A stretch of DNA of 33,044 nucleotides from Myxococcota bacterium (lineage in GTDB: Bacteria; Myxococcota_C; UBA6777). The position numbers and the translations under genes are program-made. Below, one piece after another: positions 8,081-17,660 of this stretch. The DNA lies in contig JAKLKB010000068.1 of NCBI GenBank assembly GCA_023150835.1, forward strand, positions 1 to 33,044, read 5' to 3'. Under the pieces are notes generated by a model. The model saw only the letters and a program-made list of their open reading frames with translations, ran no database searches and was not told the DNA's origin. Numbering within the stretch: position 1 is the stretch's first letter; each line of letters starts with the position of its first letter.

Positions 8081-11047
8081 TCAAAACAGATCTTCGATCA
8101 TCTTGGCGGTGTGTGTGGCATCTTGGGCCGCATCCCAGAAAAATTGCTGCATCACAAAACCTGTTTTCTTGAGCTGGATCGTCACCCGTTTTCCTTGGGG
8201 CAGACGCAAGGTCAAAGGCGTTTTTCCTCTCGACTTTTTGTCGACAAAGACACGGACGCCCGCAGGCTGTGTGGTGATCCGAAGCGTTGCGAACGCAACA
8301 ACGGGCCTCTCCACAGGAGCGGGTTGAGGAGAAGGTTCACGTCTTGCTACGGGTTCTTCGCGCCTTGCTGCGGGTTCTTCGCGTCTTGCTGCGGGTTCTT
8401 CGGATCGTTCAGCAGGGGCACGATGCTGCGGCCCTTTTCGTTTGGCTCGAACAGGGCGTTTGTGGATCTTGTGATATTTGGGGGGGCTGCGTCGTGGACT
8501 CTGTGCTGCGGGTTCGTCTTCTTCGTCCTCTTTTTCGTCTTGTTTGGTTTCGGAGGTTTTATCAGACGGAGAAGTCGGATCTTGGGGGAGGTCTTTGATG
8601 CGAGACGGAGGAGAAAGAGGTCGTGCGTCTGGATTCTCTGTACCCGCATCGGAAGAGGCGGTAGGAAGGGTGGAGTCGACAGCCTTCGGAGCAATCGACG
8701 AAGGTGTTCGCGATCGGGTAGGTGAGGTCGGAGCTCCCCCATCCAAGGGAGACACAGAAGGTTTCGGATGCTGCGGTGCCTTCGCATCTTGTCTTGTGGT
8801 CGGGTCCGATCGGGGAAGATCTTTTTTGGCGGATGATTGGGTATCTTGTGCTGGTTGCCCACGCAATCGCGCCAGTCGACCGAGCAGGCTTTCTCCTTGG
8901 TAAGCGAGCCACAGATGCAACAACAGCACCGTCGCCACAACCCCCGACAGAAAGATCACCACGACGCCCACCCAAGATATCCCGCTTGCTTTTGACGAGG
9001 CGGTTTGTGCGTCATGTGGAATGGCAGCGATATCTTGCAACGAAGGCGAAGATGGATGGATCGAACGCACAGGAACGGCCTTTCGCTCACGCAGCTTTTC
9101 GGCGGTATCCATCGGAGCGTGCAAGGGCTTGGAGGCGTTGCGGAGTTCTTCTTGCCATGCGAGGGGATCGGCTTCGAGGTCGACTTGGGCCAACAGCACA
9201 TCGCTCGAAGAGTGCCGATCTTGCGGATCATTCGCGGATTGCGGAGCTTTGAGACGCGGATCTTCGGGCGACGAAGAGTCTTGCAGGCGGCTGTTTTCTT
9301 CGCGCAAGTAAGCGGGGATCGCCAAAGGCTCCATGACATAAGTCGGGACTTCTTCTTCATCAAGAAACGCATCGCTCGGGGCTTCGAGAGAGGTCAACAA
9401 GTTTTGTAGCGCAGGATCACGCAACTGGATCTTGTTGCGTTCTTTTGAAGAAAGAGCCGCCGCGAGTTGCTCGCTAGAGGGAAGGGGGATCTCACGAGGA
9501 GCAGCGATAGGCGGGAAAAGGATCGCATCACTCGAACTCGGCGGACGCAGCGAATCTCCCGAAGGCGTCCCAAGAGAGTCGGAAGATGCGGCGTGTTGTA
9601 GCTGTTCGGAGGACGAAGTACCTTTGTGCGAAGCGTCGCGAAGCGGCGTAGGGACGGGCGTAAACAAAGCCTCTTCTGCGTGTTCGTGAGGACCGGCTTT
9701 GTTGGCTTGAAGACGTGCGGTCTCACCTGCGCTGGGGTGGGTTTGGCGTTTGAGCGTATGTGTACCCTCAAACGCCGCTCCCATCGCCACCAAGCCCCCA
9801 GATGACTTCTCTCTTTTTCCTTGCAAGGATGCGGGACGAGCGGGCGACGGCAAAGGCGGGTGCATCGCAAAAGCTGACGGGGCCACCTGTGCGCCAAACG
9901 CCGAAGAGCCGATCGGCACAAGCGCAGGGTGGGCAGCAAGCATCACCCCACCCGTCGAGGCACCTGTCGGAGCGGCTTGGCTCTCCACAAAGGACATATC
10001 GCCTTGAAATGCGCTGTCTTCGAAGTCTTCGGACTCTGACGTATGCGCAAATACCGCACTGTGAACGGTCCCTTCCATCGCACGTTTGATCGCCTCAAGA
10101 AATCCCGTCACAGAGTCAAAACGATCTTCGGGTCGTTTCTCGATCGCGGTCATCACGGCTTGTTCGAGCGCAGAAGGAAACGGATGATCCGGCCAGATAT
10201 CCGAAAAGGGCGGAGGCATCGCAGAGATGTGCCGTCGAATCAGCTCAGGCATCGTCGGTGGATCCGCAGGATCGAGAAACGGCGATTGCCCCACCAACAG
10301 CTCGTACAAAATAATCCCAAGCGAATACAGATCGGCTCGTGCGTCGACGTCCTTGTTTCGGCACTGTTCGGGAGACATATACGCAGGCGTTCCCACAGGA
10401 GACTGCGTCAGTTGAAGCGAACGATCCCAATCGACGGGCTTTGCAACACCAAAGTCGAAGATCTTCACGAAGTACGGGTCATCTTTGCGTTGGATCAAAA
10501 AGACGTTAGACGGCTTGAGATCACGGTGGATAATCCCCTTGCGATGGGCCACTTCCATCGCTTCGCAGATCTGGCGAAAAACGTGCAACGCCAGATCGAC
10601 CCCCGGCACATCATCCAGTTCAAGTAAGAAATCTTCGAGTGTGATACCTTGTAGGTACTCCATCACATAGAAGTATCCGAGCTTTGGCTCTTCGCCAAAG
10701 TCATCATATACCCGCACAATGTGCTCATTTTCACGAGAAACGCTGGAAGTGGTTTGTACTTCTCGGCGAAAACGCTTCTCCATCCCGGGTTGCTTGAGTG
10801 CTTCGGACTTGATCACCTTGATCACACGCTCGCGATCCACATCCAACCAGATATGTTCCGCAAGATAAACCTTGCCAAAGCCACCCTCTCCAAGTTGCCG
10901 CAACAACCGATATTTCCGCGCCACCAGCGACAAAGGGAACTGACAGCGCGGACAAAAGGTAAACTCACCCGACTCCAATAGCTCACGCACTTGGGAGGTG
11001 TCAGAACCACAACTTGGGCAATTGGAATGATACAGTTCGCGAGACAT
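8081..11047 (-). CDS. Membrane Ser/Thr protein kinase with N-terminal zinc ribbon and C-terminal PEGA domain
   Basis: CPSC...CPRC, LGEGGFGKVY, HRDLKPSNV, DFG and GTPAYMSPE. Long Ser/Pro-rich linker, TM segment WVGVVVIFLSGVVATVLLLHLWL, PEGA-like LRITTQPAGVRVFVD...GKTPL. ATG 11047 preferred over 11071. Confidence 0.9.
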   Translation of the reverse strand: MSRELYHSNCPSCGSDTSQVRELLESGEFTFCPRCQFPLSLVARKYRLLRQLGEGGFGKVYLAEHIWLDVDRERVIKVIKSEALKQPGMEKRFRREVQTTSSVSRENEHIVRVYDDFGEEPKLGYFYVMEYLQGITLEDFLLELDDVPGVDLALHVFRQICEAMEVAHRKGIIHRDLKPSNVFLIQRKDDPYFVKIFDFGVAKPVDWDRSLQLTQSPVGTPAYMSPEQCRNKDVDARADLYSLGIILYELLVGQSPFLDPADPPTMPELIRRHISAMPPPFSDIWPDHPFPSALEQAVMTAIEKRPEDRFDSVTGFLEAIKRAMEGTVHSAVFAHTSESEDFEDSAFQGDMSFVESQAAPTGASTGGVMLAAHPALVPIGSSAFGAQVAPSAFAMHPPLPSPARPASLQGKREKSSGGLVAMGAAFEGTHTLKRQTHPSAGETARLQANKAGPHEHAEEALFTPVPTPLRDASHKGTSSSEQLQHAASSDSLGTPSGDSLRPPSSSDAILFPPIAAPREIPLPSSEQLAAALSSKERNKIQLRDPALQNLLTSLEAPSDAFLDEEEVPTYVMEPLAIPAYLREENSRLQDSSSPEDPRLKAPQSANDPQDRHSSSDVLLAQVDLEADPLAWQEELRNASKPLHAPMDTAEKLRERKAVPVRSIHPSSPSLQDIAAIPHDAQTASSKASGISWVGVVVIFLSGVVATVLLLHLWLAYQGESLLGRLARLRGQPAQDTQSSAKKDLPRSDPTTRQDAKAPQHPKPSVSPLDGGAPTSPTRSRTPSSIAPKAVDSTLPTASSDAGTENPDARPLSPPSRIKDLPQDPTSPSDKTSETKQDEKEDEEDEPAAQSPRRSPPKYHKIHKRPVRAKRKGPQHRAPAERSEEPAARREEPAARREEPVARREPSPQPAPVERPVVAFATLRITTQPAGVRVFVDKKSRGKTPLTLRLPQGKRVTIQLKKTGFVMQQFFWDAAQDATHTAKMIEDLF

Positions 11048-11168
11048 CGTCTTTCCGAGCGTTCGCAACAACGCGATGGTTTACGATCGTGTGACAAAAC
11101 ACCCAATCCAAAAGAAACCCACTCTAGAAGACACCATCCCTACCGTCAAGAGGACGCATCCTTCCGCC

Positions 11169-12350
11169 TCAACAGAACAAGATATCTTCAAGCTGCGTGC
11201 GAAACGACGCAAACGACGAAGCATCGAGCGATTGCAACAGCGCATACAAACGCTCCCGCAACGGCCCCTCTTCGACTGCCAAAGCCCGTCGCAACGCCTC
11301 TTTCGCCTCTGTTGCCAACACACCCAACCGCGCCAACGCCTCGATCGCGTTCAAACGCACCCAATCCGAAGGATCGCACAACGCTTCCAACAACGGCCCC
11401 AACACAGCAGGCGTCCCGATCTCTCCCAACGCTTGCACGCGAAGCTGACGCACGTTTTCACTCGGAAATCCCTCACACCGCAACAGCGCAGGCAAACAAG
11501 CTTCCCCCAACACACGCGCTCGCGCTGGCACCCACACCGCGATATCCGACGCTGCGGCCCAATCCACCCATTGCTCGCCACCCCAATACACCTTTGCCCA
11601 ATCCTGCGCTCCTTGCGCCTCTTCATGCAACGTCAACACACACAACATCACCGCTGGGATATCTTCGCTTGGATCTTGGGACAACAGCCCAAACACCCGA
11701 CCCAACGCAGCCTCCGTCCCGCCAAAAAATTCTTCGTTCAGCATCGACCACAGATCCTCGATGATGCCGCCAAATGCCTCCGACAACCACGCCAGATGCG
11801 CCCCCAGATCCCGCGCTCCACTTTCTTTCGTATAGCCCCAAAACAACGTCTCCAACGACCAACGCAAAAACACCCTGCGTTCCCTCGCCAACAATCGATC
11901 CAGAATTCGCCCCGCTCTCAACCAACGCCATGCCCCTGATTCGTACCGACGCTCTAACAAAAAAGACCCCAATAACGAACGCACCGATCCCCAAGGCGTC
12001 CAAGGCTTTTCTTCGACAAAACGCACACGCGGCTCCAACAAGATCGCCCCCCTGCCTCGTGTTCTCCGACGTTCATACGCATGTAGCTGGATCTGCGAAG
12101 CATCAGGAACCCCCGTCTCACCCCGCCAATACGCCCTGCGCAAGATCACATACCAATATGCAGCCAAAGAGTCTCGAACGGGCAAAGCCCCCGTCGGTTC
12201 GTCTTCATCGTACGGGCAGAACTCCCCAAACGGCAGCGAAAAATACGGTCGCCCTTTCTCAAGCCAGCACCCAACCTCCGTATCTTCGGCCAAAACCTCA
12301 TGAAAACAAGCCCACACACCCGCATACTCGCCCATCCGTTTGTCCATCAC
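11169..12350 (-). CDS. HEAT/PBS-lyase repeat-containing protein
   Basis: C-terminal VRQLRVQALGEIG...LLEALCDPSDWVRLNAIEALARLG. N-terminal two-thirds not recognised. Confidence 0.7.
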   Translation of the reverse strand: MMDKRMGEYAGVWACFHEVLAEDTEVGCWLEKGRPYFSLPFGEFCPYDEDEPTGALPVRDSLAAYWYVILRRAYWRGETGVPDASQIQLHAYERRRTRGRGAILLEPRVRFVEEKPWTPWGSVRSLLGSFLLERRYESGAWRWLRAGRILDRLLARERRVFLRWSLETLFWGYTKESGARDLGAHLAWLSEAFGGIIEDLWSMLNEEFFGGTEAALGRVFGLLSQDPSEDIPAVMLCVLTLHEEAQGAQDWAKVYWGGEQWVDWAAASDIAVWVPARARVLGEACLPALLRCEGFPSENVRQLRVQALGEIGTPAVLGPLLEALCDPSDWVRLNAIEALARLGVLATEAKEALRRALAVEEGPLRERLYALLQSLDASSFASFRTQLEDILFC

Positions 12351-12378
12351 ACTTCCTCACTTTCTTTTTTCATCCACC

Positions 12379-12570
12379 CCCGCAACGTACAGACCCTCCC
12401 GATAGTTCGCGCCTCGCTGTTCTGCTGCTTGCACAAAGTCGAAGCATGTCGTCCCGCAACATGCCGCACAAGCCACCGCAGTTCGCTCCTCGCTGTTCTG
12501 TTGCTTGTGCGGCATCCGAGCCTGTCGTCCCGCAACGCACCACCCCAGCCACCGCAGTCCGCCCCTCGCC
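12379..12570. repeat. Degenerate 74-76-bp tandem repeat (~2.5 units)
   Basis: CCCGCAAC at 12379, 12453 and 12529. AGTTCGC(G/T)CCTCGCTGTTCTG(C/T)TGCTTG at 12404 and 12480. Confidence 0.75.
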
Positions 12571-12623
12571 CGCCTACCCTTGGCCTCTGGCTTGCGCCCA
12601 CAAGATGCACTACAACATCTCCC

Positions 12624-12791
12624 TCTCTTCGAGGACTTTGCCTACAAAATTGCTCCGCACACTTGAGAACCTACCTGACGACGACAACATTCCTGTCTCT
12701 TCGATGGCCTTGCCTACCCCACAAAGGTGGGTCATGTTCGCGGTGGGTTTCCCTACGAGTCTCTTCGATGGCCTTGCCTACCCCACAAAGG
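12624..12791. repeat. 33-bp direct repeats with unique spacers
   Basis: GTCTCTTCGATGGCCTTGCCTACCCCACAAAGG is identical at 12695-12727 and 12759-12791. Degenerate copy from 12624. Confidence 0.85.
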
Positions 12792-12805
12792 AAAAGGAGT
12801 TCCAA

Positions 12806-13879
12806 ATGCCCGCACCTTCGGATATCCGCGTCTGTGTCACAGGAGCCGCCGGCTTTATCGGCACACACATCGTCCATCTGTCGCTACAGCGGGGTTATCG
12901 TGTTCGTGGCACCGTACGCGACGCAAACAACGCCAAAAAGATCCAGCACCTACGCGAAATCGCCCAAAAAACCCAAGGCGATCTCGAACTCGTTAGTGCC
13001 GATATCCAAGACGCCGATTCTCTGCTCCAAGCTGTGCGCGGATGCACTTGGGTTTGCCATGTCGCCTCGGCGGTTCAACTCCAAGCCAAAGACCCCCAAA
13101 AACAGATCGTTGATGTCGCTGTCCAAGGCACCCAAAACATCCTTCACGCCGTCACACAAGCCAAAGATGTCAAACGCCTGATCATCACCTCTTCTGTCGC
13201 TGCGATCTACAGCGATCTCCCCAAACCCCAACACCGATACACCGAAGCCGACTGGAACGAAACCGCCACCCTTCAAAGCAATCCCTACGCACTTTCCAAG
13301 ACACTCGCGGAAAAAGCCGCTTGGGATCAATGGAAAAAACTCCCAGAAAAAGACCGCTTTGATCTCATCACGATCTGCCCTGCCCTTGTATGGGGGCCTG
13401 TGTACACACAAGACCACCTCCGCACAAGCCCTGTCGTCCTCTTTGATGTCCTGCGCGGAAAATTCCCCGCCATCCCCAACTTTTCATGGGGCATCGTCGA
13501 TGTCCGTGACGTGGCCGACGCACATCTGCGCGCACTCGAATCCCCCCAAGCTTCCGGACGATACCTTTGCAGCCACCAATCTATCTGGCTGCACGAAGCC
13601 ATCGCCCAACTCAAACCCCATTTTCCCCACGTCCGCTTCCCTTCCCGCCGCCTCCCCGACTTTCTGATGTACCTCGTCGCCCTCTTTGACAAGCGCCTCT
13701 CTTTCTCCTTCCTGCGCCGAAACCTCAGCATCCAAACACTCTTCGACAACACCCGCATCCAACGCGATCTCGACCTCCACTTCCGCCCCCTCGACACCAC
13801 CCTCCGCGAGATGTGCCAATCCTTCTTTGATCGCGGCTTCCTATCCAAAGACCTCAAGCGAAATCCGAGAGATGTGTGA
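12806..13879 (+). CDS. NAD-dependent epimerase/dehydratase family (aldehyde reductase/dihydroflavonol reductase-like extended SDR)
   Basis: VCVTGAAGFIG, VRGTVR, HVAS, TSSVAA, YALSK (YxxxK) and VDVRDVA. AAGGAG precedes ATG 12806; the ORF-track start at 11774 is a spurious extension. Confidence 0.9.
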   Translation: MPAPSDIRVCVTGAAGFIGTHIVHLSLQRGYRVRGTVRDANNAKKIQHLREIAQKTQGDLELVSADIQDADSLLQAVRGCTWVCHVASAVQLQAKDPQKQIVDVAVQGTQNILHAVTQAKDVKRLIITSSVAAIYSDLPKPQHRYTEADWNETATLQSNPYALSKTLAEKAAWDQWKKLPEKDRFDLITICPALVWGPVYTQDHLRTSPVVLFDVLRGKFPAIPNFSWGIVDVRDVADAHLRALESPQASGRYLCSHQSIWLHEAIAQLKPHFPHVRFPSRRLPDFLMYLVALFDKRLSFSFLRRNLSIQTLFDNTRIQRDLDLHFRPLDTTLREMCQSFFDRGFLSKDLKRNPRDV

Positions 13880-13887
13880 GCGAAGAC

Positions 13888-14122
13888 CCGCCTCTTCCGC
13901 CTCTTCCGCCCCTTCCGCCCCTTCCGCCTCTTCCGCCTCTTCCGCCCCTTCCGCCCCTTCCGCCTCTTCCGCCTCTTCCGCCTCTTCCGCCTCTTCCGCC
14001 TCTTCCGCCTCTTCCGCCCCTTCCGCCTCTTCCTCCTCTTCCGCCTCTTCCGCCTCTTCCGCCTCTTCCGCCCCTTCCTCCCCTTCCGCCCCTTCCGCCC
14101 CTTCCTCCCTCTCCGCCCCTTC
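13888..14122. repeat. 9-bp tandem repeat CCGCC(T/C)CTT, about 26 units
   Basis: Directly visible array starting 9 bp after the reductase stop codon. Confidence 0.97.
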
Positions 14123-14127
14123 TTTTT

Positions 14128-14179
14128 CTGCCTTCTTTCCGTGCCTTCCGTGTTTTCCGTGGACTCTTCTTTTTGTACG
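14128..14179. repeat. Family C: TTCCGTG 9-mer units ending in TCCGTGGACTCTT
   Basis: CTGCCTTCTTTCCGTGCCTTCCGTGTTTTCCGTGGACTCTTCTTTTTGTACG. Near-identical to 22963-23006 with one extra unit. Confidence 0.85.
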
Positions 14180-14226
14180 TTTCCAAATTTTAAGCGTTGA
14201 CAAACGAAAAGTGTTCTGTTTCACTC

Positions 14227-14248
14227 AAACGTGATCTACGTCACCAAA
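14227..14248. promoter_or_regulatory. Putative CRP/FNR-family operator upstream of the TonB-dependent receptor
   Basis: AAACGTGATCTACGTCACCAAA versus the CRP consensus AAATGTGATCTAGATCACATTT. TTGACA at 14197-14202 lies just upstream. Confidence 0.55.
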
Positions 14249-14503
14249 CCAATGCCCCGAGGTGGCCTTGATGTCACACATTCGCATCCCGCAGAAGCCC
14301 CCCCCACCGCCCTCTTCACTCCGTGTCCTCGCGTCTTGCGCCAACGCGACGCTCCACGATCCGCATCCGCCATATCCTCGCAACAGCGGCCTCTTCCACC
14401 TTGTGTCACTTTTTTTGAGAAATCGTTTTTTCCGTTCGGACATCCACGCACAAAAGAAGCCTTTTTCCGAGCCAAGTCGCCTCTCTTTTGCAACGGAGCA
14501 TCC

Positions 14504-17389
14504 ATGATGTCATCTCAACCAACCTTGCTTTTCTCTCGCAAAAGCTCGGCTCCACCGCCTTATTTGGCCGCAACTTCGCTCTTTTCTTTCTTGATCTTCT
14601 CGGTTTTCCTTTGCCTGCCGCTGCAAGCCCAAACCCCTCCCCCCAAAAAAGACCCCAAAACAGCCACCCCAACGCTCAAGGTGATCCACACACCCCTCAC
14701 CACAACCCTCGTCGGAAGCAGCCTCACCATCCGCCTCCAGATCCCCGACAACGAAGAGATCGACGAAGTGTACCTGTACTTTCGGCGCGCTGGCGAAACG
14801 GCTTTCCGCAACCAACGTATGACTCTGCGCGGGGGAGACACGTACAACGCCACCCTACAAAAGTTCCAAGTCGTCCAACCCGCCATCGAGTATTACGTTT
14901 CCGCCATCGACGTAAACAAAAAAACCCTCTTTCTGTTTGCCAACCCCAAAGCCCCTCACAGCGTCCGTGTGGTGACGCGCTTGAGCGCCGAAGATCGCGC
15001 AAAGGCCGAAAAAGCCGACGAAGACAAATCCACTCTCGACGAAGACCCCGACTCTTCCGCAACCGTTATCTCGGCGGCACGCCGCGAACAAAGCATCCAA
15101 AGCGCGCCCGGTATCATCACCGTTATCACCGAAAGCGAGATCCGCGATGGGGGTTGGCGCGATCTGCGCGAACTACTCCGATACTCCGCAGGAATCGACA
15201 TCAACGACGACGGACACAGCCCAGACATCGGTGTACGTGGTATCAACCCCAACCAAGCCTACGGCGACAAGATGATCATGCTCGTCGACGGCCATAACAT
15301 GGCGTGGCGCCAGTTCAACCGAAACCTCGTCAACCCCTCGTGGGTCAGCATCGACAACATCAAACGCATCGAGATCATCCGTGGTCCCGGGTCGGCTCTC
15401 TGGGGTGCAAACGCCCTCAGCGGCGTCATCAACATCATCACCAAAACCAACACCGACCTCAAAGGCTACAACGCCACTGCAGGACTCAACCCCCTCACCC
15501 AAAGCTATTTCCTCCGACTCCAAGGCGGCCAAGAACTCTTTGGCGGTATCACCTTTCGCGCCGCTTTCTCCCTCGACCAACTCCGCAACAACAGCACCAG
15601 CCTCTCTCCAATCTACGAGTTCCAAAAACTCAACAACTTCCGCTATTTCCCATCCAACATGGACGCCTACTCCCAAAACTTCTACGGGCAACTTTCATGG
15701 CGCGGCTTCAACCTGCGCTTTATGCAAAGCCGCTACGCCCCAAACGCTGTCTTTTCCGGTCAAAACTTGCTCTCCAACTCCAGCGTCCTCGGCAACAACG
15801 ACACCTTGCTGTCCACCGACCGCTACATCGTCCGCCTCTCTTGGACCGCTCTGCTCGGTGCATGGGGAACCTTCTCCTTGTGGGGAGCCTACGACAACTA
15901 CGGCTACAACAACGACGCCCGCCAAGGCGTCAACTCCCTCAGCAAGTTCGACTCCAGCGCAAGATTGCGCGGAAACTCCCCCAACTTCGGCGTCTATGAA
16001 AAAGAACAAGGCGGACAAGACCTCCGCTTCCAACGCTACTACCCCGCTTGCTCCGAGATCGACCGCGAAAGCGATACCCCCTGCATCAAGATCGCCACAG
16101 GAAATCGCGGTGAGCAGGTCTGTAGCGTCGTCGCCAACCCACGCCAAGAAGCCAGCCAAGGACAACAACTCCCATACTCTCCCTTCCTACCGAAAGAATG
16201 CCGCAACATCTACACAACAGGCCGATACAACACCCCCATCCGTGCCGCAGACAACCGCCTCGAAACAGGCGCACTCCTCAACGCCCAGATCGGCAACAAC
16301 TTCTCCCTCACCACCGGCATCGAGTTCGAATACCTCAACATGGCCGGCTTCTACTTCCCCGAATTCGAGTCCTACACCAAACCACCCAACTACATCAACA
16401 TCCACTTCAGCGGATACATCCAACTCCAATACAACCTTCTCAACTACGTCGAATTTACCGCCGGCGGGCGCTTTGACTACGACACCCAGTACAACTTTGT
16501 CGCCACCCCCCGCGCCAGCATCGTCGTAACACCCGGCGCAGGTACCTACATCAAACTCCTCTACGGTAACGCCTTCAAAGCCCCCTCCATCCAAGACCGC
16601 TTCCTCTTTATCGACCGCAACGCCATCCTGTTCGGAAACCCCGATCTACGGCCCGAATCCGTCCATACCCTAGAACTGCAACTCGGCTGGTATCGCCGTG
16701 GCTTGATGGCCGTCAGCCTCAACGGATACGTCTCCTTCTTCAATGACCTGATCAGCCCCGTCGTCCGCGACCGCTTCGATCCTTTCCTCGGTGAAACCCG
16801 TTGGAAAGAGCAAGTCGGTGGCGAACAAACTCTCCCCTCTCGCACCACCAACTTTGTCCAAAAAAACAACGCCGAACAGATCACCACCTACGGCGGCGAA
16901 TTCGAACTCCGACTCTTCCCTACCCGTAGACTCAATATCCTCGCAAGCTTCGGACTTTTCCTCGGCCAAGACAGCCAAGGAAAAGCCCTCCAATACGCCT
17001 CCACTTGGAAAGGCGCTCTCCAAGCCTCTTATCTCCTCCGCCTCGGTGACATCGGACTCTTGTTCTCCGCTGGTACCGTCATCACCAGCGGAAAATCCGT
17101 CCCCCGACAAGCCTTTGCCCTCGCTGACTCCCTACTCCCCGCCCAAGACGCCGCCAGCACACAAACCCTCCCCGTCCCCAGCTGGACCGCTGAAACCGAC
17201 CCCAGCACCGAAACCCCCCTCTACGTCAACACCTACGCCACCATCCAACTCCTCCGCTTACTCAAAAATATCGACCTCGGCGTCCGCCTCAGCAACTTCA
17301 TCAACCGCGACAACTACGATGCCGGAACCGTCCTCCTCTATCCACAACAACGCCTCGAACTCTACACTTGGCTGCGTGTCCGCATCTGA
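14504..17389 (+). CDS. TonB-dependent outer-membrane receptor with extra N-terminal domain
   Basis: Signal-like segment ending PLQA. Plug motifs VISAARREQSIQSAPGIITVIT, VRG, LVDG and IKRIEIIRGPGSALWGANALSGVINIIT. Barrel motifs GGRFD, FKAPS, GNPDLRPE and NFINRDNY. GGAG precedes ATG 14504. Confidence 0.9.
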   Translation: MMSSQPTLLFSRKSSAPPPYLAATSLFSFLIFSVFLCLPLQAQTPPPKKDPKTATPTLKVIHTPLTTTLVGSSLTIRLQIPDNEEIDEVYLYFRRAGETAFRNQRMTLRGGDTYNATLQKFQVVQPAIEYYVSAIDVNKKTLFLFANPKAPHSVRVVTRLSAEDRAKAEKADEDKSTLDEDPDSSATVISAARREQSIQSAPGIITVITESEIRDGGWRDLRELLRYSAGIDINDDGHSPDIGVRGINPNQAYGDKMIMLVDGHNMAWRQFNRNLVNPSWVSIDNIKRIEIIRGPGSALWGANALSGVINIITKTNTDLKGYNATAGLNPLTQSYFLRLQGGQELFGGITFRAAFSLDQLRNNSTSLSPIYEFQKLNNFRYFPSNMDAYSQNFYGQLSWRGFNLRFMQSRYAPNAVFSGQNLLSNSSVLGNNDTLLSTDRYIVRLSWTALLGAWGTFSLWGAYDNYGYNNDARQGVNSLSKFDSSARLRGNSPNFGVYEKEQGGQDLRFQRYYPACSEIDRESDTPCIKIATGNRGEQVCSVVANPRQEASQGQQLPYSPFLPKECRNIYTTGRYNTPIRAADNRLETGALLNAQIGNNFSLTTGIEFEYLNMAGFYFPEFESYTKPPNYINIHFSGYIQLQYNLLNYVEFTAGGRFDYDTQYNFVATPRASIVVTPGAGTYIKLLYGNAFKAPSIQDRFLFIDRNAILFGNPDLRPESVHTLELQLGWYRRGLMAVSLNGYVSFFNDLISPVVRDRFDPFLGETRWKEQVGGEQTLPSRTTNFVQKNNAEQITTYGGEFELRLFPTRRLNILASFGLFLGQDSQGKALQYASTWKGALQASYLLRLGDIGLLFSAGTVITSGKSVPRQAFALADSLLPAQDAASTQTLPVPSWTAETDPSTETPLYVNTYATIQLLRLLKNIDLGVRLSNFINRDNYDAGTVLLYPQQRLELYTWLRVRI

Positions 17390-17478
17390 TCCCCTCACCA
17401 AACAACCCCCCACCGATCACCACCCCACCGATCACCCTTGCCACACAAGGGTGAAAAAAAAGAATTCAATTATCTTCA

Positions 17479-17500
17479 AAAAGTGATATACATCACAATG
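17479..17500. promoter_or_regulatory. Putative CRP/FNR-family operator upstream of the binding lipoprotein
   Basis: AAAAGTGATATACATCACAATG (GTGA-N6-TCAC) in an AT-rich patch. Confidence 0.55.
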
Positions 17501-17660
17501 AAACGCGACAATCCACCTGCGATTGTAAGATCGTTAAAGATCGCGTTGTCGTCTACGACCAGACAAGGGATCTGTCAGCCTCGCAAAGGTATGCAACGGC
17601 TCGAGACGAAACAATTGTGGGGTGATGCCCCACGCCGACACAAGAAAGGTTTCAGCCATC

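Noticed and set aside
11774-12805. Long N-terminal extension of the reductase (701-aa ORF)
   Set aside because: It overlaps the opposite-strand HEAT gene and repeat DNA. A strong RBS and the family start occur at 12806.
13686-14234. ORFs encoding poly-(EEA/EGA), (GGR), (PPL) or (SSA)
   Set aside because: They are open only because the 9-bp repeat lacks stop codons in these frames; there is no other coding support.
14231-14503. Cobalamin riboswitch or Fur box upstream of the TonB receptor, or an earlier start codon
   Set aside because: I saw no B12-box core or GATAAT-type Fur repeats. The signal peptide and RBS fit a start at 14504.
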